From IMG/VR virus record IMGVR_UViG_3300025916_000012, positions 853 to 64,852 of that record: a DNA stretch of 64,000 nucleotides; one strand, written 5' to 3'. The notes below the pieces were generated by a model that saw only the letters and a list, made by a program, of their open reading frames with translations, was not told the origin of the DNA and searched no databases. Made by a program: the position numbers and the translations under genes. The stretch comes from a virus. Lineage: Duplodnaviria > Caudoviricetes. Shown here piece by piece: positions 55,682 through 64,000 of the stretch. Within the stretch, counting starts at the first letter, position 1, and every line of letters starts with the position of its first letter.

Positions 55682-56163
55682 CGAGCCACCGCGAACACGC
55701 CCGGGGCCTCGGGGTCGAGGCGTACGCCCATCGGCAGCCATCCCGTATGGCGTAGCAATGCTTCGACGCCGGCCACTGAGAAGCGCCAGAGGTCGCGAGG
55801 GTATTCATGGACCGGGAAGCAGCCACGGTGGTCGTAGCCCCGGCAGGTGAGCAGCAGATAGCCGTCTGCGCACACGGCCCGCATCTCGGTCAGCGAGAGC
55901 CACGGGGCGTCGTCGTGCTCGAGCATCTCGGTGCAGACGATGACCTCGAAGGGACCGAGGTTCTCGGAGTCCTGGAGGTCGTGAGCGTTGACGACCTCGT
56001 CGACACCGGGGCCGGGCTGCATGTCGACCCCCCAGTAGGGGCCGCTGAAGAACCTACGGCCAGAGCCGTTGACGTTCAGGGCGCCGACATCGAGCACCGA
56101 ACGCTCGGATATGCCCAGCGCCGCGATCTCCACGCGAAGGAACTCCATGACTGAGCCGTGCAT
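55672..56163 (-). CDS. Class I SAM-dependent methyltransferase
   Basis: VLDVGALNVNG, GVDM, CTEMLEH. Confidence 0.85.
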   Translation of the reverse strand: MHGSVMEFLRVEIAALGISERSVLDVGALNVNGSGRRFFSGPYWGVDMQPGPGVDEVVNAHDLQDSENLGPFEVIVCTEMLEHDDAPWLSLTEMRAVCADGYLLLTCRGYDHRGCFPVHEYPRDLWRFSVAGVEALLRHTGWLPMGVRLDPEAPGVFAVARCD

Positions 56164-57675
56164 CTAGGACGAAACGATCTCAGTCCAGTCGGCGGACCGA
56201 GATTTCACGTGCAGCGCCTTGCCGCGCTGAGGCGGGCTCTGGGGCGGCTGCTGGCCTGGCTCTTGGACGTCTTCCTGGTCGGCTGGCGAGAGGCCGCCGC
56301 CGGGATGGCCGAACACGACCCTGGGCGCAGGCGGGGTGCCGACCGGGCTGAGGTTGTTGGTCGGCAGGTACCACTCGTCCATGGAGGGGTTGTCGGAGGT
56401 CGGCAGCTTGAGCACGACGCGGCCCTCGTTGGGCGTCATCAGCGCAGAGCCGATCGCGTTGCGCAGAGCCTCGATCTCCTGCAGTGGGTCGCCCCGGAGC
56501 ACTGCGCCGAAGTCAAACTCGCCCACGACGTCGGGTTCTCCGAGCAGGTCGCGGCTGACCTGAGCGTTGAAGGTCTGCTCGAGCATCACCAGCGGCGGAC
56601 CCAGCACGTCGGTGTAGGTCATGTCGCGCTGAGTCTGGATGTTGGAGTAGGTGGCCCGGTCCAGGATGCCCAGCAGCGGGGGCGGGATCTGGTAGACGGC
56701 TGAGATCTCTTCCCGGCCGACCTTTCGCTGCTCGATGAGCTCGGCCTCGACCGTGGTCTGGCCTACGGGCTTCCAATCCAGGCCCGGGGCCAGCAGCGCG
56801 GGCTTGCCGGCGTTCTCGGGACCCGCGTAGAGCTCGCGCAGGTCTCTGCGAACCTGGGCGATGATCTGTTCGCGCTCGGCTTGCTTGAGGCCCAGGAACT
56901 CGTCGGTCATCGTCACCGCCGAGGGCGGGCGGGCACCGTTGTGGAACATCGCGCGCTGGAAGCGCTGGGCGGCGTCCTCGATCTGGATGGTTACGCCCAG
57001 CTGCTGCAGCGGAGAGCACCCGATCGGGCCCGTAGGCGACCACCAGCGGCAGTGCAGGACCTTGTCGATCGGCACCTCGTCCAAGAACTGGGCCTGGTCG
57101 TAGTCAAACGTGAAACCTGCGATTCGGTCCCTGAAGGGCATGATCGGACGGCAGAATCGAAAGTCCTTGGGCTCAAATTGAATCGATTCACCGGCTCCGG
57201 AGAGAATCTTGGTGGTCGAGTTGCCGTGCACGAGCACCGGAGCGAACATCGCCTGGAGCAGGTCGACCGTTGAGCCGCGCTCCCAGGGGGAGTAGACCGC
57301 TTTGGCCAGCGGATGGTCCTTGGGCTTGAGCAGCGTGCGGTTGCCATACTCATCGCCGTCGCGGCGGTAGACCCGGAACGGCACCCGGACCGCTTTTCGA
57401 ATCATCCAGTCGACAGCGGCCGCCACCCAGGGCTGGCTCATGTAGAGGCGGGCAAACGAAACCGTCCGCCTGCCAACGAGTGACAGGGCGGTCGGGAACG
57501 ATGGATAGAACCCCGACATGACGCGCAGGTCGCCCCGGCCGGGGGCAATCTCTACGGGTACGACGTCATGTGCGGTGTCGTCAGGAGTAGGCCAGACAGA
57601 GCCAATGTCGGCCTTGCGGGCGCGCCGTTGCTCGAGATCGCGGCAGTGAGCTTCGAATTGCTCCTGCGTGAGCAT
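56164..57675 (-). CDS. Portal protein (HK97 family)
   Basis: PWVAAAV, GCSPL, F.NGA.P, YQIPP.LLG, TPNEGR. Confidence 0.92.
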   Translation of the reverse strand: MLTQEQFEAHCRDLEQRRARKADIGSVWPTPDDTAHDVVPVEIAPGRGDLRVMSGFYPSFPTALSLVGRRTVSFARLYMSQPWVAAAVDWMIRKAVRVPFRVYRRDGDEYGNRTLLKPKDHPLAKAVYSPWERGSTVDLLQAMFAPVLVHGNSTTKILSGAGESIQFEPKDFRFCRPIMPFRDRIAGFTFDYDQAQFLDEVPIDKVLHCRWWSPTGPIGCSPLQQLGVTIQIEDAAQRFQRAMFHNGARPPSAVTMTDEFLGLKQAEREQIIAQVRRDLRELYAGPENAGKPALLAPGLDWKPVGQTTVEAELIEQRKVGREEISAVYQIPPPLLGILDRATYSNIQTQRDMTYTDVLGPPLVMLEQTFNAQVSRDLLGEPDVVGEFDFGAVLRGDPLQEIEALRNAIGSALMTPNEGRVVLKLPTSDNPSMDEWYLPTNNLSPVGTPPAPRVVFGHPGGGLSPADQEDVQEPGQQPPQSPPQRGKALHVKSRSADWTEIVSS

Positions 57676-57684
57676 GCGCAGATC

Positions 57685-59205
57685 CTAATCGAGCAGGTCG
57701 CGAATGCGGTAGTCCTCGACCGCACCGAACCAGCTGTTTTCTTCCTCGGGTGGGTTGGCGATGAACGAATTCACCCAGGAAGCAGCCATCAGGGCGTCGA
57801 TAACGCGGGTCTCCTGCTTGCGTTTGGCACGCCCGGAGGAGGGTCTGTCGAAGCGGCGCTTGTCGGCCGGCAGGCTGCGAGCAATCGCGTTCATGACGTG
57901 CTTGCGCAGCGTCGGGTCACCGTTGTGGCGCAGGCATTCGCCCGGTGTAGTGGACCGCAGAGCCTTCATGAACTCCTCGTAGTCCTCGGCCGCTTGAGCG
58001 TTTCCCTGAGCCCAGGCGATCACCGTGACGCCCTTTTCCTGCTCCAACCACGCTGCGATGTCTGCTCCCTGGTGCATGTCCATCACGACCGTGTTGACGA
58101 TGCACATGTCCAGATAGGCCTCCAGAGCGGCCTTGAGCTCACCAGAATCGAGCATCGAACCGTCTCGAGGAGGGGTCAGGATGGTCGGTGTGCCCAGTAG
58201 CCGGTACTCGTCGGTGACCAGCATGGGAACCATCGCAGTGGTGTCGTGCTTCCAGGCGATATCGAGCGCCAGGTCGATGTAATCGCCCTCTTGGAGGTCA
58301 TCGTCGACCTCGGCGGCATCCCACTCGGCCTCGGTGATCGCCGTGAGGCTCGATCGGGCTGGAATGTTGCACTTGAGGCGCTTCCAGTCGCCCAAGTCGG
58401 TCGTGGGGCTGTTGAAATCCTCCGAGAGGCTCTGGAGCGTGATGGAGGACAGCGGATTGGCCTCTTTGACGGCCTCCATGTCGGCAATCAGCGTCGTATC
58501 GCGCACTTGCCACTCGTTCATCACGATATTCGGGCCCTCGACGCGAATATGGGCTCCGTGGTTGCGCCGAATGCCGCACAGAGTGCGGATTTGGTCTCGC
58601 TGCTCCTCGAATTCGCCTCCGGGCTCGCCAGCGGTGCTGATTCCGACGATCTGGCCTCCGCGTTTCTGCAATTTGCCCTTCCAGAGGCGGTAGAGACGCA
58701 GATCGGGCCACCGGTGCAGCTCGTCGCACAGCGCGAGCGTCGGAATCACGCCATCGCCGGTGCTGGCGTCGGCCGCGTAGACCTTGATCCCTCTCCCGCC
58801 GTTCTGGAAGTGGATGATCTTGCGATAGCCCTCATACGGGCGGAAGCGGTGAAGGAAGCCGGGGCTGCGGCGCACCATGTCCATCGCCTGCAGCGCCAGG
58901 ATCTCTGCTTGGTCGCGCGCAGCAGCGCCAATCGGCACCCACGGGGCATAGGTGAAGTCGCAGTGGTATAGGCCCACGCCGGCCATCAGCGTGGTCTTGG
59001 CATTGCCCTCGGGCAAGATGGCCCAGACCTCGGTCACGCCGTCGAGGATCGGCTCCACGACCTCGGCCTGGAAGTCCTCGAGCTCCCAGTACTCGCCGGT
59101 ATCGAGCACGATTTTGCTCGTGTACTTGCGAAAGTGGGCAAGCGTGAACGGGGTCAACGGGGTACGAGACCCGCGTTGGCCCTTCGGTGGCACTGTGGTG
59201 GCCAT
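57685..59205 (-). CDS. terL: Terminase large subunit
   Basis: PEGNAKTT Walker A variant, LCDELH Walker B, ISTAG, RuvC-like DIAWKHD..ID. Confidence 0.92.
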   Translation of the reverse strand: MATTVPPKGQRGSRTPLTPFTLAHFRKYTSKIVLDTGEYWELEDFQAEVVEPILDGVTEVWAILPEGNAKTTLMAGVGLYHCDFTYAPWVPIGAAARDQAEILALQAMDMVRRSPGFLHRFRPYEGYRKIIHFQNGGRGIKVYAADASTGDGVIPTLALCDELHRWPDLRLYRLWKGKLQKRGGQIVGISTAGEPGGEFEEQRDQIRTLCGIRRNHGAHIRVEGPNIVMNEWQVRDTTLIADMEAVKEANPLSSITLQSLSEDFNSPTTDLGDWKRLKCNIPARSSLTAITEAEWDAAEVDDDLQEGDYIDLALDIAWKHDTTAMVPMLVTDEYRLLGTPTILTPPRDGSMLDSGELKAALEAYLDMCIVNTVVMDMHQGADIAAWLEQEKGVTVIAWAQGNAQAAEDYEEFMKALRSTTPGECLRHNGDPTLRKHVMNAIARSLPADKRRFDRPSSGRAKRKQETRVIDALMAASWVNSFIANPPEEENSWFGAVEDYRIRDLLD

Positions 59206-59612
59206 CAGGCGCCCTTACGACGCTGGCGCGGGTTCATCCGCGTCACATTGGCGAAGAACTGCTCCTCTTCGCCATCCTCTGATGGCTCTCTGGGCTCAGG
59301 AGGCGGCACCTGAGGGCCTGCGAGGGCCAGGTCGGACTCCCGACCAGGCCTGAGCTCTAGCCAGGCCCTACAAGCCGCGACATTGCCTGAGACGGCAGCT
59401 TGGTAGAGCGCCTCCTCGACGTGCTCGTTGGCCTCGCCCTCGGCGTCGAGCACCTGCTTCTCGAACTGCGGGTGATCCTCGATGTAGTTGATCACCGTCA
59501 TCCGGCTGAAGCCGAGAAGTTCTGCGGTCGCCCCGCGCCGCATCCCCTGCCGAAGATGCTTGAGGAAGTCCTGTTGCAAGGCGAGCGTGAACTTCTTGCG
59601 CGGAGCGGCCAC
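59205..59612 (-). CDS. terS: Terminase small subunit (HTH)
   Basis: FLKHLRQG..ATAELLGFSR.TV..; AA.SGNV.AC..WL; coupled to terL. Confidence 0.8.
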   Translation of the reverse strand: MAAPRKKFTLALQQDFLKHLRQGMRRGATAELLGFSRMTVINYIEDHPQFEKQVLDAEGEANEHVEEALYQAAVSGNVAACRAWLELRPGRESDLALAGPQVPPPEPREPSEDGEEEQFFANVTRMNPRQRRKGA

Positions 59613-59618
59613 GGCGAA

Positions 59619-59646
59619 AGCCTACCGCGCCTCCGAACCTAGCCAA
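59619..59646 (-). promoter_or_regulatory. Candidate leaderless late promoter TTGGCT-16-TAGGCT
   Basis: -10 ends 6 nt before the terS GTG; -35 lies in an arm of IR copy 3. Confidence 0.45.
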
Positions 59647-59677
59647 AACCCCCCCGTTGATGAATATTGGCCAGGTT
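59636..59677. repeat. Inverted-repeat element copy 3
   Basis: AACCTAGCCA-N22-TGGCCAGGTT (one mismatch). Confidence 0.8.
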
Positions 59678-59679
59678 AT

Positions 59680-60103
59680 TCAGAGTTCCTGCGACAGGAT
59701 CGAGGCCCGATCCAGCGCGTCGCGAGCTATCAGCTCCGGATCGGGCTCGCCTTTGGCAATCCTGCGAAGCGCACCGAGCAGGACGTCCAGCGCAACCTTG
59801 ATGACTCGCATCTCGGCCTCGGTGGCGCCCTCCATGGTGGCCCCATGTCATCACGGCGTTCTAATCGCCCTGTGGGTAGCGGACCGCGCTCAGCTCGAGT
59901 CGAACGTAGATGCCGCTGCGGGTGAGCTCGCCGCACTGGCAGCACTGCTCGAGCGTTCCCTGCCCCAGCCGGCGAGACGGCTCCACTGGGTGATCAATGT
60001 CCCAGCAGTCGTCGCAGAGGGGCTGTGTATCGAATTTCCGCTGTCCCAATGTTGGGAGTCCTATCGCCAATAGCAGGAGATTTAGGCAATCACGGGGTCG
60101 CAT
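59680..60103 (-). CDS. Two small hypothetical proteins (59680-59835; Cys-rich 59861 to about 60050)
   Basis: MEGATEAEMRVIKVALDVLLGAL..; CDDC..CCQC. Confidence 0.5.
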
Positions 60104-60122
60104 ACCGCGCTTCAGACCGCGC

Positions 60123-60719
60123 TCATCGGTCCCTCTGGAGCACCGCGCCCCAGTACACGGTGTCCTGGCGGAGGTAGCGCATCCGGTCCAAGACCCGGTA
60201 GGGGCTCACGTAGCTTTCGAACCACGGCCAGATGTGCTTGGAGAACCACGAGTTGTAGACCTCTGAGCGCCGGCGGCTGGGGAGCGCAGGGAGCTCGTAG
60301 GTCGAGCCATCGGGGTTGTGCACGTTGCCCGAGCGCTTGACCGCCTGCTTGACGGTGTCCGTGAAGAACACGAGGAGGAGGTCCTGCTTGCGCGCGCACG
60401 CCCAAAAGGCGCGGAAGCTGTGGTAGGGGTAGGTGTAGGCATCGAAGTCGGCCACCCCAAAGCGCGCTGTTTCACCGGGGAAAGGCCACTGGTCGCAATC
60501 GGCCACGATGATCTCGCCGCGCAAGCGACCGGAGGCCACCTCCACTCTCTCGGCGTCGATGTCAGCGCCGAAGACCTTGCGGTCTGGATAGACCTCCACG
60601 GCAATGTCGCCATCGCCGATGAACGGCACGTAGGCCGCCCCGCCCCCATCCCAGGAACGGAGCAGCCTACGCCGCAGCAGCACCTTGCGATACAGCTCAA
60701 CGTGCTGCTTCTGGGGCAC
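60123..60719 (-). CDS. SAM-dependent methyltransferase-like protein
   Basis: YVPFIGDG, GADID, DFDAY motifs. Confidence 0.6.
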   Translation of the reverse strand: MPQKQHVELYRKVLLRRRLLRSWDGGGAAYVPFIGDGDIAVEVYPDRKVFGADIDAERVEVASGRLRGEIIVADCDQWPFPGETARFGVADFDAYTYPYHSFRAFWACARKQDLLLVFFTDTVKQAVKRSGNVHNPDGSTYELPALPSRRRSEVYNSWFSKHIWPWFESYVSPYRVLDRMRYLRQDTVYWGAVLQRDR

Positions 60720-61378
60720 TAGCTCAAACCGAGCGGCGGTTCAGGGAGCGGGAAGCCAATCCGGAGGATGTGCTTCGGGCCCGTGATCACCCAGATGCGC
60801 ATCACAGCGCGGATTGCTCGAGTGTTGGGCACGTCGTTGATCACGATCGGGTAGACACCGCACGCCAGTCCCTTGGGGCTGACCTTCACCTGACGATTCT
60901 TGCCCCGCACGACCCCGAAGTGAGCCTTGCCGTTGATCACGGCGCGAACCCTGGTTCCGGGCTTGAAGCGAATCGGCAGCGGACCGAGGTTGGCCGACGT
61001 CAGCGTGCTCTTGCAGGGCTTCGGAGTCGGTGCATTCTTACCGGGGGGTCCCTGCGGTCCGGCCGGACCAGGCGGTCCTTGAGCACCAGGCGCTCCGGGT
61101 GTGCCGGGTGCGCCAGGGGTGCCAGGAGTGCCGGGAGGACCAGCCGGCCCAGGAGGACCCGCAGGCCCTGGAGGTCCCTGAGGGCCAGGCGGACCCGGCT
61201 GGTTTGGTGGTGGCTTGGGTGGTGGCTTGTGCTCATGGCACTTCTTCGGAGTGTTGTGCGATGGCTCACAGCCGGGGGGACCCTGGTCATTGCCCGGTGG
61301 CCGGTTGCCGGCCAGCGCTGGAGCCACGGGCAACGCAGCGATCGCCAACGTCGCTGTCAGGACCGAGACCTTCTTCAC
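60719..61378 (-). CDS. Secreted collagen-like protein
   Basis: AGGAGG + GTG; signal peptide; Gly-Pro-X run of about 17 triplets. Confidence 0.75.
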   Translation of the reverse strand: MKKVSVLTATLAIAALPVAPALAGNRPPGNDQGPPGCEPSHNTPKKCHEHKPPPKPPPNQPGPPGPQGPPGPAGPPGPAGPPGTPGTPGAPGTPGAPGAQGPPGPAGPQGPPGKNAPTPKPCKSTLTSANLGPLPIRFKPGTRVRAVINGKAHFGVVRGKNRQVKVSPKGLACGVYPIVINDVPNTRAIRAVMRIWVITGPKHILRIGFPLPEPPLGLS

Positions 61379-61655
61379 GACTACCTCCTGGTTGTGGTGC
61401 GCCTTCTGGCGCGGGATAGAGCGGATCCACCCGCCGATAGCGCTGGATGCCGAAGCTCCAGCGCCCAACCGGAACACCCTCGTGGGTGACCAGCAGGCCT
61501 CGAGCGGCTCCTACGCGAATCTGTCGAGCGATCTTCTCGAGGGCATCGGCAATATCAACGCCGTACTCAAGCCCTCCGTCGCGCATCGCGATGTTGCAGT
61601 TGAAGCGATCGACCTGATTGCCGTAGTTGAGCTCGCCAACGCGAAACACAACCAT
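61287..61655 (-). CDS. Hypothetical protein
   Basis: Coupled to the DUF5131 gene; tail overlaps the collagen gene. Confidence 0.4.
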   Translation of the reverse strand: MVVFRVGELNYGNQVDRFNCNIAMRDGGLEYGVDIADALEKIARQIRVGAARGLLVTHEGVPVGRWSFGIQRYRRVDPLYPAPEGAPQPGGSREEGLGPDSDVGDRCVARGSSAGRQPATGQ

Positions 61656-62425
61656 CAACTCACCACCTTTCTGTCCCATCCCTCCGGGTATTCGCGCACG
61701 ACCTCGCCGAGCGCATCGATGCCCATCTCGGTCCGACGAGCCGCGCTCTGCTTGAAGAAGAACGCGACCTCCTCCTGTTTGCAGCGGTCCCATATGTCCT
61801 GCGCCCACTCGAGCTTCATCGGCCGGAACCCCGGTCCGCTCTCGCCGCCGAAGATCAGCCATTCGACGTGCTCGAGGGGAATCTCATCACCGGGCCCGAT
61901 CGCGGGCTCGTAGCTGATGAAGTGCACCGCCGCCGGCACGGCCGTGAGCACCTCTGCACGCTCAGCCACCCGGTTGTCCTCGATCGAGGTGCCCAACCAC
62001 ACGTGAGGCCAGAAGCCCCACGCGTTATCGGCCCAGCTGTCCGGGAGCATCTTGGCGATGTTCTCCGGGCGCTTGGTCAGAATCAGCCAGTCGAGCCACG
62101 GCGTGGTCCGGATCATCTCCCACACCTCTGGTCGCCACTGGTTGGGTCCCGGCGCATCCTCGAACACGTCGGCGAGACTCGCGCAGAACACCCGGCTGGG
62201 GAGCTGGTGTGCTTGGGCTTCGCGGTTCCACCGGCGTGGTTTGGCCCAGGTGCTTTTCCCTGTTCGATGACGCTTGGACGTGTCTGGGCCGAACACGTCC
62301 ATCTGCATCTTTCCCTTCGTGAGTGTCTCGGCGTAGCAATGAGTGCATCCCTGCGAGACCTTGAAGCAACCCATCCACGGGTTGAACGTCGAGTCACACC
62401 ACGCGATTGCCGTCTTGTCCGCCAT
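61655..62425 (-). CDS. Phage Gp37/Gp68 (DUF5131) three-Cys radical-SAM-like protein
   Basis: IAWCD.TFNPW.GC.KVS.GC.HCYAE, VFCASLADVF, LTKRP, SYEP, GGESG, FFFKQ. Confidence 0.9.
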   Translation of the reverse strand: MADKTAIAWCDSTFNPWMGCFKVSQGCTHCYAETLTKGKMQMDVFGPDTSKRHRTGKSTWAKPRRWNREAQAHQLPSRVFCASLADVFEDAPGPNQWRPEVWEMIRTTPWLDWLILTKRPENIAKMLPDSWADNAWGFWPHVWLGTSIEDNRVAERAEVLTAVPAAVHFISYEPAIGPGDEIPLEHVEWLIFGGESGPGFRPMKLEWAQDIWDRCKQEEVAFFFKQSAARRTEMGIDALGEVVREYPEGWDRKVVS

Positions 62426-62663
62426 CTACCCCTCTCATCCAGAGTTCGATGAACTCCGCACTCTTTTCGGATACCTCCAAATCGCCAAACACGAAGCCCC
62501 TCCGCCCACACTCCGCCATGATCACCTCCGCTGCCTCTCGGTCGATTGCGGACTGGCCACCGAACAGCGGTACCAGTCCCATGCCTTGTAGTAGCGCGGT
62601 CTCCTGCAGTGCGGCTATACACAAGCCGAAGTACCTGGCTTGCGAGTCGTCGTCAGGGAGCAC
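62394..62663 (-). CDS. Hypothetical protein
   Basis: First ORF after the 62.7 kb promoter. Confidence 0.55.
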   Translation of the reverse strand: MLPDDDSQARYFGLCIAALQETALLQGMGLVPLFGGQSAIDREAAEVIMAECGRRGFVFGDLEVSEKSAEFIELWMRGVDGGQDGNRVV

Positions 62664-62701
62664 GCAGCAACCTAGTTCCTTCCCCCCGTGGGTATAGGAA
62701 T

Positions 62702-62730
62702 AGTATACCGGATGGGCTCCCGGACGTCAA
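62702..62730 (-). promoter_or_regulatory. Promoter TTGACG-17-TATACT
   Basis: Near-consensus hexamers; spacer TCCGGGAGCCCATCCGG resembles that at 14488-14504. Confidence 0.8.
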
Positions 62731-62737
62731 CGAAATT

Positions 62738-62959
62738 TCAGCCGTTTTGGTTACGGTGGCGGCCGCGCACCGGTTGCCCCATATCCGGCCCCACCGCAGC
62801 GCCCAGGGAAAGGTCGTCATCGGACTCGCGCTGCAGGCGCTGTTCGATTGCACGCTTGACCCAGATGCTGCGGGGTACGTCGCCTCGCGTTTCCTCGACC
62901 TGGACCATGACGTCGCGCGGAATCGTGACCGTGATGTTCACAGATGGCATAGTTGCCAT
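62738..62959 (-). CDS. Ribbon-helix-helix regulator
   Basis: VNITVTIPRDVMVQVEE.RG.VPRSIWVKRAIEQRL. Confidence 0.7.
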   Translation of the reverse strand: MATMPSVNITVTIPRDVMVQVEETRGDVPRSIWVKRAIEQRLQRESDDDLSLGAAVGPDMGQPVRGRHRNQNG

Positions 62960-62973
62960 AGTACCATTGCTGC

Positions 62974-63270
62974 GTGCCCATGCGCAGGTGCCCTTACTGC
63001 CGGCGGGTGATCGAGGACCGGCTATTCCTGGCCCATCGCCAGTCCCACTGGGACCGCGCGCGCGAGCGCCAGAGCAGCCCACAACGGCTCAGCGAAACCG
63101 ATAAGCAACGCATCCTGCGCCGCGACCGCTACCGCTGCCGCACGTGTGGAGCAGTCGGAAAGCAAAAGGGAGGCACCGCCGACCTCGAGGTCCACCACCT
63201 CAACGGCAACTGGAAGGACAACCGGCCCCAGAACCTGCTCACGCTGTGCCATGACCACCACCCACGATGA
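62974..63270 (+). CDS. HNH endonuclease (packaging-associated type)
   Basis: ILRRDRYRCRTCG..LEVHH.NG..NLLTLCHDHH. Confidence 0.88.
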   Translation: MPMRRCPYCRRVIEDRLFLAHRQSHWDRARERQSSPQRLSETDKQRILRRDRYRCRTCGAVGKQKGGTADLEVHHLNGNWKDNRPQNLLTLCHDHHPR

Positions 63271-63433
63271 GCCCGACCCACTCCGGCTCAAAGCCCCAGG
63301 TGTAGCCGTGCTTGATGCTCGAGACCTGCCCCTGGACAATCCCGTACATGGCCCCGATTTCCGCCTGAGGAAGCCCGCTGTACCAGGCCAGCTGGTAGAT
63401 CTCCCATGCCTGATCCTCGGTGAGCCTGTGCAT
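63239..63433 (-). CDS. Small HTH protein
   Basis: LTEDQAWEIY..LPQAEIGAMYGI.QGQVSSIKHG.TW. Confidence 0.7.
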   Translation of the reverse strand: MHRLTEDQAWEIYQLAWYSGLPQAEIGAMYGIVQGQVSSIKHGYTWGFEPEWVGLIVGGGHGTA

Positions 63434-63608
63434 GTGGGTTGGGCCCTCCGGGCGAGACTCCTACCACCCGCCCGGAGAGCGGTTCGAGCCTACCCGCGCT
63501 AGATGTATACCGGGCATTATGCCTGCTCATCCTCACTATTTTCTGTAAAGGATTACCATCCCATGCACCACGGACGGTGAGCAACTTGCCGTTCTGGCAA
63601 GCTACCCG

Positions 63609-63912
63609 CATGACGACTCGAACAATCGTCAGCATGACCCCCGAAGAGACGGTCCGCTGGCTCGCCGGCGAAGGCGCACCCACCTCCGCCTACGTCGACC
63701 CCGAACTCAGAGCTCGAATGGCCTCTCAGCAGCGCAAGCTCCAGGTCGCACTAGGTCGCGCCTGCGACGAGCTCTACAAGGCCATGCTCGAGGACGGTTC
63801 GAACACCGCCGAGCGCCTCAAGGAGCTCTTCCTCGCCGCGCCCAGCGATTTCCAGTCTCGACAGCTGCTCGGAGTCCTCATCTCTGAGCTCATCAAGACC
63901 GCCTGGGCCTAG
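63609..63912 (+). CDS. Hypothetical helical protein (start uncertain; ORF opens at 63439)
   Basis: Phage-like codon usage from MTTRTIVS onward. Confidence 0.55.
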
Positions 63913-64000
63913 GCGTTCGTCCAGCTCTTTCTCGCAGCCCTGCGCTGCCATTTCTCCCTGCACACAGCACACTTTCGCGTCGCTTTTACTCGCCGCCAGC

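Noticed and set aside
63470-63500. Second T-loop hairpin (GGTTCGAGCC)
   Set aside because: The flanking bases do not form a convincing stem
1-64000. Very frequent CTCGAG/TCGA sites as a signal
   Set aside because: Explained by Leu-Glu (CTC GAG) and Val/Ile-Asp/Glu codon usage in high-GC genes

Overview
A near-complete genome of a high-GC, long-tailed (siphovirus-type, HK97-fold) bacteriophage. The host is probably actinobacterial (GH25 and M15 lysins, DUF6131-like membrane protein, leaderless sigma-A-type promoters; Thermoleophilia/Solirubrobacterales is only a guess). Almost all genes are on the minus strand. Layout: (i) 0.3-14.3 kb leftward accessory/early operon of small genes, exported proteins, an AAA+ ATPase and a flavoprotein; (ii) 14.7-25.2 kb tail-fibre/adhesin genes with three plus-strand inserts; (iii) 25.4-34.5 kb replication/recombination genes (Holliday-junction resolvase, SSB-like, AAA_24 ATPase, MT-A70 methylase, PD-(D/E)XK exonuclease, AAA_25 helicase); (iv) 34.7-36.3 kb lysis genes (holin-like gene and two endolysins); (v) 36.3-59.6 kb tail, head, portal and terminase genes, with a glycosyltransferase and a methyltransferase inside the head operon; (vi) 59.7-64 kb DUF5131 module, RHH regulator and HNH nuclease. 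No integrase, DNA polymerase, reverse transcriptase, CRISPR array or complete tRNA was recognised. The strongest candidates for undescribed biology are: an AAA+ ATPase / ubiquitin-like (..PMAGG-C) / Cys-His protein trio with no visible E1 or protease (4325-6550); an ACCAACCA motif in front of the Shine-Dalgarno site of 12 early genes; three 42-bp inverted-repeat elements with identical geometry; and an anticodon-less tRNA-like hairpin. All functional calls come from motif reading by eye; no database searches were run.
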